Shown here piece by piece: positions 58,301 through 64,000 of a DNA stretch of 64,000 nt (within the stretch, counting starts at the first letter, position 1; the number at the start of each line of letters is the position of its first letter). Below the pieces are notes generated by a model. The model had not been told where the DNA came from. It did no database searches and saw nothing but the letters and a program-made list of their open reading frames with translations. The DNA comes from Bacteroidia bacterium (GTDB lineage: Bacteria > Bacteroidota > Bacteroidia > Bacteroidales > F082), in assembly GCA_021287165.1 (NCBI GenBank), contig JAJTAY010000037.1, positions 38,211 to 102,210 of the forward strand, in the 5' to 3' direction. The translations under genes and the position numbers were made by a program.

Positions 58301-58354
58301 CAAGCTTAGCCCAAGCAGTAGCAAGGCACTGATTTTTAATATTTTATCAATCAT
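55346..58354 (-). CDS. Large secreted tetratricopeptide-repeat protein (YbgF/BamD-like repeats)
   Basis: About 1002 aa from the ATG at 58354 (MIDKILKISALLLLGLSLLTNVLSAQQ). The track start at 58432 lies in the rnpB terminator. TPR-like repeats run throughout (RFPRSQYYDQALYEMA, ETYPGTPDAREAL, KFPNGAYLLKANYY, NYPGEELRQEARRKL). Confidence 0.75.
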   Translation of the reverse strand: MIDKILKISALLLLGLSLLTNVLSAQQHLQELPPESRYLQALDLIAKQQYGAARQLLEQLQESYNDNNAVRFADIRYYLLLCAVETNDASALHEINRFREEARGSDKMNRADFLEGRMQFAQRRYSQALAAFRKVKPASLPPFEQSELFYKSGFCLVRQNQVREAIPMLEKVLVTNNIYTAPARYQLAHIHYSLGNNEKALALFAQLRNEPAYRKIVPVYELQLQYRLGQYDQVLSLADIAMSGADSRQQAEVARILANVSFVRNDCPKALSYLSMVEKNPRRQLAREDHYQAGKCRLGLQQYKEAINNLQQASTGDEPFAGHAAYLLAQAYAENGQKVFARNAFLAAYRKNGNTETGVDALLNYARLSLETEADPFNEAAALLEKFLADNSKSPHAAEAGELLVQQYLQGRNYDAALASLERNRAANPKLHEAYAQLTFNIGAEFLRQNNPNAAEPYFTRLINLKPTTRFNTPALFWLAETKYQQKNYVDAQRLYRQMLSAKDASSTGLLAKANYGLGYSHFQLKQYEQALQAFSQFLSASGNDPAMTWDAWLRTGDCHFISRRYEKAIEAYDRVANANAGDADYALLQKGLAQGALSRHNQKISTLDQLLKRFPRSQYYDQALYEMASTSLVTNDRRAALAYFDQLIRERPRSAYAREAMLKTGLIYFNNDQPELAIQHLRRVAETYPGTPDAREALNTLRVIYMETNRIDEFFKFAQSVGMGNININEQDSLTFLTAENFYTDGRLAEAERALDNYLSKFPNGAYLLKANYYKARILLQANKIQSALPFLEYLTGVPNNPYLNEALLQLARYQYDAGNFAKAADYYGRLYDNSGQQGERLEALEGKMKSHYFEGKYSEAIKAAGLLSMADNVKPEQRMQASFISGKSYLELGQSRNALEELNKVNRSGQGAMAAEACFLIAKIQFDNNQLPDAEKTIFELAEKHKRHDYWVAKGFILLADIYVKNNNIFQAKATLQSIIDNYPGEELRQEARRKLNMLK

Positions 58355-58425
58355 TGATGAGGTAAAGTTCTGATGTATGCTGTTTTCAGTTGGTAGAAAC
58401 GCCTCCCGGCGCGGTATATTGCGAC

Positions 58426-58455
58426 AAAACACGTGCGCCGGAGCGCACGTGTTTT
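58426..58455 (-). terminator. Terminator directly after rnpB
   Basis: 9-bp stem cacgtgcgc / gcgcacgtg with loop cgga. It is flanked by aaaa/tttt, so it could work in both directions. Confidence 0.75.
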
Positions 58456-58827
58456 ACGGATGGCCTCATAAGCGGGATTCTGTAATGAGGTTGTCATTTA
58501 TCTGGGACTGCCATCGCTGGCAGCCTCAAGCGGCCTACCCGCCGGCTCGGACGAGCAGCCCTCCCGCGTGCCTGAGCACGCCTCGCCGGCATATTTGGCC
58601 TTGCAGCCCATAAGGTTTACCCCTGCAAACGGTCGCCCGCCCGCAGCGTGAGCTCTTACCTCACGTTTTCACCCTTACCCCGAAACTTCGGGGCGGTAAT
58701 TTTCTGTGGCACTCGCTGTTGCCGCACTGTTTCCGGTGCGGCCCCTTCCTGTTAAGAAGTATGGTGCTCTGCGCTGTCCCGACTTTCCTCATCCTGAACT
58801 TTCAGGACGCGACAACCGTGGCCATCC
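58455..58827 (-). ncRNA. rnpB: RNase P RNA, bacterial type A
   Basis: The reverse complement carries the universal blocks GAGGAAAGTCGGGAC (P4 5' side), ACAGAAAATTACCGCC and AGGGTGAAAACGTGAGGTAAGAGCTCAC. It also carries ACAGAATCCCGCTTAT (P4 3' side). P1 pairs GGATGGCC (58820-58827) with GGCCATCC (58458-58465). End coordinates are good to within a few nt. Confidence 0.9.
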
Positions 58828-58831
58828 ACGG

Positions 58832-58839
58832 CAAAATTA
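58832..58839 (-). promoter_or_regulatory. -7 element TAATTTTG upstream of rnpB
   Basis: Exact match on the minus strand. 4 nt (ccgt) separate it from the first G of the P1 helix GGATGGCC. Confidence 0.5.
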
Positions 58840-58939
58840 AGCAAAAACGATGCCTGAAAGTTGTCTCCCCTCGCTCAACCGACGCTTATTTAGACTCGTT
58901 ATGTTTTACGCAAACGATTGTGGGCTTGGAGGTAATTGT

Positions 58940-58947
58940 TAATTTTG
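58940..58947 (+). promoter_or_regulatory. -7 element TAATTTTG upstream of iorA
   Basis: Exact match, 29 nt before the ATG at 58977. Confidence 0.45.
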
Positions 58948-58976
58948 TAACATTAATCTCAATCCGCTCAAACCAC

Positions 58977-60593
58977 ATGGAAAAGAAACTCCTGCTTGGC
59001 GACGAAGCCATCGCCCAGGCTGCGATAGACGCCGGTATTTCAGGTGTTTACGCCTATCCGGGCACGCCTTCAACCGAAATCATGGAATATGTTCAGGCTT
59101 CGGCCGAAGCACAAAACGGAAAAATAAAGGCTTATTGGTCGGCAAACGAAAAGACAGCAATGGAGACTGCGCTGGGTATGTCGTATGCCGGCAAACGGGC
59201 ACTGGTATGTATGAAGCATGTAGGTCTTAATGTAGCTGCCGATGCCTTTATCAATGCAGCCATCACCGGCGCCAATGGCGGTTTGGTGGTGCTAGCAGCC
59301 GACGACCCTTCGATGCATTCATCGCAAAATGAGCAAGATTCAAGATTTTACGGAAAATTTGCCCTGCTGCCCATCCTCGAGCCATCCGACCAGCAGCAGG
59401 CCTACGATATGGTGCGCTATGCCTTCGATCTGAGCGAAGAGTTGGCCCTGCCCGTACTCATACGCATCACCACCCGACTTGCGCACTCGCGTGCCGGTGT
59501 GGCTCAAAGGGCAGTTCGTGAACAGAATGAGCTTAAACTTCCGGCCAACCTGCGCCAATTTGTGTTGTTGCCTGCTATTGCCAGGGTTCAATACCGCGAT
59601 CTGCTGTCGAAACAGGAACATCTGCGCAAGCGGGCGCTCACCGATGGGTTCAATATTTACATCGACGCAGAGGATAAATCGGTAGGCATCATAGCCTGCG
59701 GATTGGCATATAATTATCTTGTTGAAAATTTTGACAATGCCAAAGTGCCGCATCCGGTGCTCAAAGTGGGTCAGTATCCTTTGCCGCTCGATATGGTGCG
59801 CAGACTTTATGCCGAGTGCGACAGCATACTGCTGCTCGAAGACGGCTATCCAATGGTGGAAGAATTGCTTCGCGGCATGCTTCAGTTGGGTAAGCCTGTA
59901 CACGGAAGACTCGATGGCACACTGCCACGCGACGGCGAGCTGAATCCGGTGCTTGTTGCACGGGCTTTGGGATTGCAAACTACTTCAGGACAGCCTGTTC
60001 CTCAAATCGTTAAGGCTCGTCCGCCGCGACTTTGCGACGGATGCGCACACACCGACGCTTTCATGGCCCTCAATGAGGCCCTTCAGGCCTATGGTCGGGG
60101 AAGAGTTTTCAGCGATATTGGATGCTACACCCTTAGTGCACTCGAACCCCTCGAAGCCATCAACAGTTGTGTGGACATGGGCGCCTCGATCACCATGGCT
60201 ATCGGTGCAGCCGATGCCGGCCTGGTGCCTGCAGTGGCTGCCATTGGCGACAGCACTTTCACCCATTCCGGTATGACCGGCCTGCTCGACGCCGTTAACA
60301 ACAACAGTCCGATCACTGTGATCATTCTCGATAATTCCACAACAGGAATGACCGGCGGTCAAACATCATCTGCTTTTGGCAAGGTGGAGGATATCTGCCG
60401 GGGAATTGGCGTGGCTGAGGAGCATATCCATGTGCTTAAGCCTCTGCGAAAGCATCATGAAGAGAATGTGGAAATCATTAGAAAAGAGCTTGAATATCAA
60501 GGAGTATCAGTGATTATTCCTCGTCGCGAGTGTGTGCAGACACTGAACCGGAAGGTGCGTGAGAAAGCCCGCGCAAAGCAGGCTCAGGAATAA
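58977..60593 (+). CDS. iorA: Indolepyruvate:ferredoxin oxidoreductase subunit alpha
   Basis: 538 aa from the ATG at 58977 (MEKKLLLGDEAIAQAAIDAGISGVYAYPGTPSTEI). ThDP-binding region GDSTFTHSGMTGL. The track start at 58719 runs through rnpB. Confidence 0.85.
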   Translation: MEKKLLLGDEAIAQAAIDAGISGVYAYPGTPSTEIMEYVQASAEAQNGKIKAYWSANEKTAMETALGMSYAGKRALVCMKHVGLNVAADAFINAAITGANGGLVVLAADDPSMHSSQNEQDSRFYGKFALLPILEPSDQQQAYDMVRYAFDLSEELALPVLIRITTRLAHSRAGVAQRAVREQNELKLPANLRQFVLLPAIARVQYRDLLSKQEHLRKRALTDGFNIYIDAEDKSVGIIACGLAYNYLVENFDNAKVPHPVLKVGQYPLPLDMVRRLYAECDSILLLEDGYPMVEELLRGMLQLGKPVHGRLDGTLPRDGELNPVLVARALGLQTTSGQPVPQIVKARPPRLCDGCAHTDAFMALNEALQAYGRGRVFSDIGCYTLSALEPLEAINSCVDMGASITMAIGAADAGLVPAVAAIGDSTFTHSGMTGLLDAVNNNSPITVIILDNSTTGMTGGQTSSAFGKVEDICRGIGVAEEHIHVLKPLRKHHEENVEIIRKELEYQGVSVIIPRRECVQTLNRKVREKARAKQAQE

Positions 60594-60622
60594 TCGTCAT
60601 TGTATCAGAAACAAATTCGATC

Positions 60623-61210
60623 ATGAAAAAAGATATCATTCTTGCAGGTGTTGGCGGTCAGGGAATATTGTCCATAGCAGCCTGCATTGGTCTTGCAGCT
60701 CTTCGCGAGGGTCTGCAACTCAAGCAGGCCGAAGTGCATGGCATGAGCCAGCGTGGCGGCGCTGTGCAATCGCATCTGCGCATTTCCGATAGTCCGATAG
60801 CTTCCGACATCATCTCCGAAGGTAAGGCGAACATCATACTCTCGGTTGAGCCTATGGAAGCGCTACGCTATCTGCCTATGCTGGCTTCTGACGGATGGGT
60901 GGTTACGAGCATTAACCCTTTTGTGAATATTCCAAATTATCCCCTGCTCGACGAAATATTGCGCGAAATCTGGAAATGCCATCATTACGTCACCGTCGAT
61001 GCCGACGATATGGCGAAAAATGCCGGAAGCATAAAAGCTGCAAATATGGTGATGCTGGGTGCTGCCTCGCCCTTGCTGGGATTAACTGCTACCTCGCTCG
61101 AAGCCGGGGTTTCGGAGCTTTTTGCTGCTAAAGGTCAGGCTATTGTGGATCTGAACATCAAAGCATTCAGGGCCGGACGTGAATGGTCGATATCGCAAAT
61201 AAAGCCCTGA
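60623..61210 (+). CDS. iorB: Indolepyruvate oxidoreductase subunit beta
   Basis: 195 aa. Motif LAGVGGQGILS...AEVHGMSQRGG of the 2-oxoacid:ferredoxin oxidoreductase gamma-type domain. Confidence 0.85.
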   Translation: MKKDIILAGVGGQGILSIAACIGLAALREGLQLKQAEVHGMSQRGGAVQSHLRISDSPIASDIISEGKANIILSVEPMEALRYLPMLASDGWVVTSINPFVNIPNYPLLDEILREIWKCHHYVTVDADDMAKNAGSIKAANMVMLGAASPLLGLTATSLEAGVSELFAAKGQAIVDLNIKAFRAGREWSISQIKP

Positions 61211-61297
61211 AAGGCAAGACTCAAACATCCATAATAAGTTCTGAAGGGTATTGATACACCCTCCTTCGATGTAGTTTAAGGGCTTTTTCCTACATTT

Positions 61298-61328
61298 GCC
61301 TTGCCGGGCTGCCGGTTAAGGCTTTTTT
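61298..61328 (+). terminator. Possible terminator after iorB
   Basis: Interrupted hairpin gcctt-g-ccgg / ccgg-tt-aaggc followed by tttttt, about 90 nt after the iorB stop. Confidence 0.4.
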
Positions 61329-61347
61329 ATAACGTATTGATCAGCTG

Positions 61348-62628
61348 ATGAATAAGAGGCTACACTTTTGGCGGATTGCTCCGCTGGCAATTTTTTTGTT
61401 GTTTATTAATGCATTAACATCCTGCACACCAAAGAATCTTTCAGAAGCGGAAGAGGAGCAAATTGCCGAACCTACTTTCATGTTCGACATTCAGGTTGAT
61501 TCGTTCGAAGTGATTCAGGATCAGGTGGGACGCAATCAATTTCTGGCCGACCTGCTGATGCAATACAATGTGAGTTATCCCACGATTGAGCACCTTACAC
61601 GCGTATATCGCGATACCTTCGATGTGCGCCGCATCAGGGCAGGCAACAACTATTTTCTTATGCTCAGCAACGACTCGCTTCGCACACCGCGCTTCTTCAT
61701 TTATGAGATCAGTCCTTCGGAATATGTGGTGTATTCGCTTTCTGATTCCATTTATGCCTATCGTGGCCGAAAACCTGTTGAAACACGCATCGAATCGGCG
61801 CACGGACAAATAACCTCTTCCTTGTGGAATGCATTAGTCAATCAAGGCTATGAAGCAGATCTGGCTATCAAAATGGCCGACATCTACGCCTGGACCATCG
61901 ACTTTTTCGGAATTCAGAAAAATGACCGTTTCGAACTGATATACGAGCGTAAATACATCGACGGACAGGCTGTTGGCATCGGTAAGGTATTGTCGGCAAG
62001 GTTCAGGCATGCCGGCAAGGATCATTACGCTGTTTATTTTGAACAAAACGGACAAGGCGATTATTTCGATCTCGAGGGACAGAGTCTGAGGCGTGCCTTC
62101 CTGAAAGCGCCATTAAAATACAGCCGGGTCAGCTCGCATTTCTCGCACGGACGCTACCACCCGATCCTGAAATACGTACGACCACATCACGGAGTGGATT
62201 ATGCTGCTCCGGCAGGCACACCTGTCTACTCCATCGGTAATGGTGTGGTTACCCGTAAAGGCTTTCAGGGAGGAGGTGCGGGCAACTTCTTGTATATCAA
62301 GCATAACGCTACTTACACTACCGCCTATATGCACCTTCAGAAGTTTGCCCCCGGCATACAGCAGGGTACAAGGGTTTCGCAGGGCCAGTTGATTGGCTAT
62401 GTTGGTAGTACGGGTTTATCGACCGGACCGCACCTCGATTTCAGGTTTTTCAAAAATGGCAATCCTGTTGATCCGCTCAAGGTAGAATCGCCGCCGGCCC
62501 TGCCTGTTGAGCAAAAAAACATGGCTGCATTCAAACAACATGCCGATGAGCAAAAAGGAGCGCTGTTGAAGGTGATTGAGGAAGCGGATCTGGCTTCGAA
62601 CAAGGAGCAGACCAAAGGGGATTCATAA
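61348..62628 (+). CDS. M23 family peptidoglycan metalloendopeptidase
   Basis: 426 aa. Lipobox-like LTSC. M23 motifs HHGVDYAAPAGTPV and GSTGLSTGPHLDF. Confidence 0.85.
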   Translation: MNKRLHFWRIAPLAIFLLFINALTSCTPKNLSEAEEEQIAEPTFMFDIQVDSFEVIQDQVGRNQFLADLLMQYNVSYPTIEHLTRVYRDTFDVRRIRAGNNYFLMLSNDSLRTPRFFIYEISPSEYVVYSLSDSIYAYRGRKPVETRIESAHGQITSSLWNALVNQGYEADLAIKMADIYAWTIDFFGIQKNDRFELIYERKYIDGQAVGIGKVLSARFRHAGKDHYAVYFEQNGQGDYFDLEGQSLRRAFLKAPLKYSRVSSHFSHGRYHPILKYVRPHHGVDYAAPAGTPVYSIGNGVVTRKGFQGGGAGNFLYIKHNATYTTAYMHLQKFAPGIQQGTRVSQGQLIGYVGSTGLSTGPHLDFRFFKNGNPVDPLKVESPPALPVEQKNMAAFKQHADEQKGALLKVIEEADLASNKEQTKGDS

Positions 62629-62653
62629 TTCAAAGTTTCCCAATGATTTAAAG

Positions 62654-62681
62654 AAAAAGGCCCGCGATTGCAGGCCTTTTT
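62654..62681. terminator. Bidirectional terminator between the M23 peptidase gene and gap
   Basis: Stem aaaaaggcc / ggccttttt with a 10-nt loop. A/T runs lie on both sides. Confidence 0.7.
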
Positions 62682-62710
62682 CATATATCTCCGAGATATG
62701 CTTTTCAAGC

Positions 62711-63730
<1,020 letters not shown>

Positions 63731-63787
63731 TTAACAGAACTTCAATCCGTTTGCTTGAACATCCGTTCAGGATGCTTTAATTTAGCT

Positions 63788-63795
63788 CAAAATTA
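63788..63795 (-). promoter_or_regulatory. -7 element TAATTTTG upstream of gap
   Basis: Exact match on the minus strand, about 70 nt before the gap ATG. Confidence 0.4.
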
Positions 63796-63835
63796 GGCAA
63801 TTTCTGCCCATCAGATCATTAAACGCACAAGCTTC

Positions 63836-64000
63836 ATGACGCAGCCATTCGTATCAAAAGCACTCGAGGCAAATCTTGCAGAAACCAGATATAGAGACAT
63901 TTACGTGCCTGACGACTTTCAGGCTTTCATCGCTTTGTCCGAGGGGTACTTTGGAATAAAAAAACGTGCACACGATTGCATTGTTGAGTTTCACCACCCC
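63836..64000 (+). CDS. 5' end of an unidentified protein gene (continues past the window end)
   Basis: My own translation from the ATG at 63836: MTQPFVSKALEANLAETRYRDIYVPDDFQAFIALSEGYFGIKKRAHDCIVEFHHP. The frame is open to the window end. I cannot assign a family. Confidence 0.4.
   Translation, partial: MTQPFVSKALEANLAETRYRDIYVPDDFQAFIALSEGYFGIKKRAHDCIVEFHHP

Noticed and set aside
58377-58976. ORF 58377-58613 (+) and the first 86 codons of ORF 58719-60593 (+)
   Set aside because: They run across the minus-strand RNase P RNA and its promoter. The conserved IorA N-terminus begins at the ATG at 58977.
61291-61298. TACATTTG -7 box as the promoter of the M23 peptidase gene
   Set aside because: The box overlaps the left arm of the hairpin plus T6 that looks like the iorB terminator. 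A start 4-5 nt downstream would fall inside that hairpin. The two readings conflict, so I did not list it as a promoter.

Overview
This 64-kb window looks like a gene-dense core-chromosome segment of a Bacteroidota bacterium. Lineage clues are TAnnTTTG -7 promoter boxes, almost no Shine-Dalgarno sequences, a T9SS C-terminal sorting domain, GldB, a DUF4835/PorD-like protein and the bamD-rpoZ-coaBC-recN arrangement. I support about 50 protein genes.

Main blocks:
- Housekeeping: recN (5' part, cut by the window edge), coaBC, rpoZ, bamD, dapA, gltA, gyrB, gap, prmC, comM.
- A tightly packed menaquinone cluster: hotdog thioesterase-menF-menD-menB-menA-menC-menE.
- A GH13-GH31-GH13 alpha-glucan cluster.
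- An Fe(3+)-type ABC importer.
- iorAB.
- A PspC / LiaF-like / DnaJ stress trio.
- Two L,D-transpeptidases.
- A PiT phosphate transporter with a PhoU-like tail.
- Several envelope proteins.

Two RNA genes are missing from the ORF track: tRNA-His(GUG) at 39290-39364 (+) and a type-A RNase P RNA at about 58455-58827 (-). The RNase P RNA is overlain by spurious ORFs.

I found no CRISPR array, transposase, integrase, prophage or recognisable defence system. I therefore cannot point to a clear novel multi-gene system.

The items most worth a second look are:
- A translationally coupled pair: a roughly 1000-aa all-TPR secreted protein plus a plug-less TonB-receptor-like barrel (53652-58354).
- An isolated multidomain LruC/DUF4842 lipoprotein (40539-42563).
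- A perfect AGGAGG Shine-Dalgarno ahead of hsp20, in a phylum that largely avoids SD.
- An alpha-oxoamine synthase of ambiguous lipid function.
- -7 box spacing that predicts transcription starting exactly at G-1 of tRNA-His, at the 5' end of rnpB, and at the A of the bamD ATG (leaderless).

All family assignments come from motif recognition by eye and from memory. No database search was possible.
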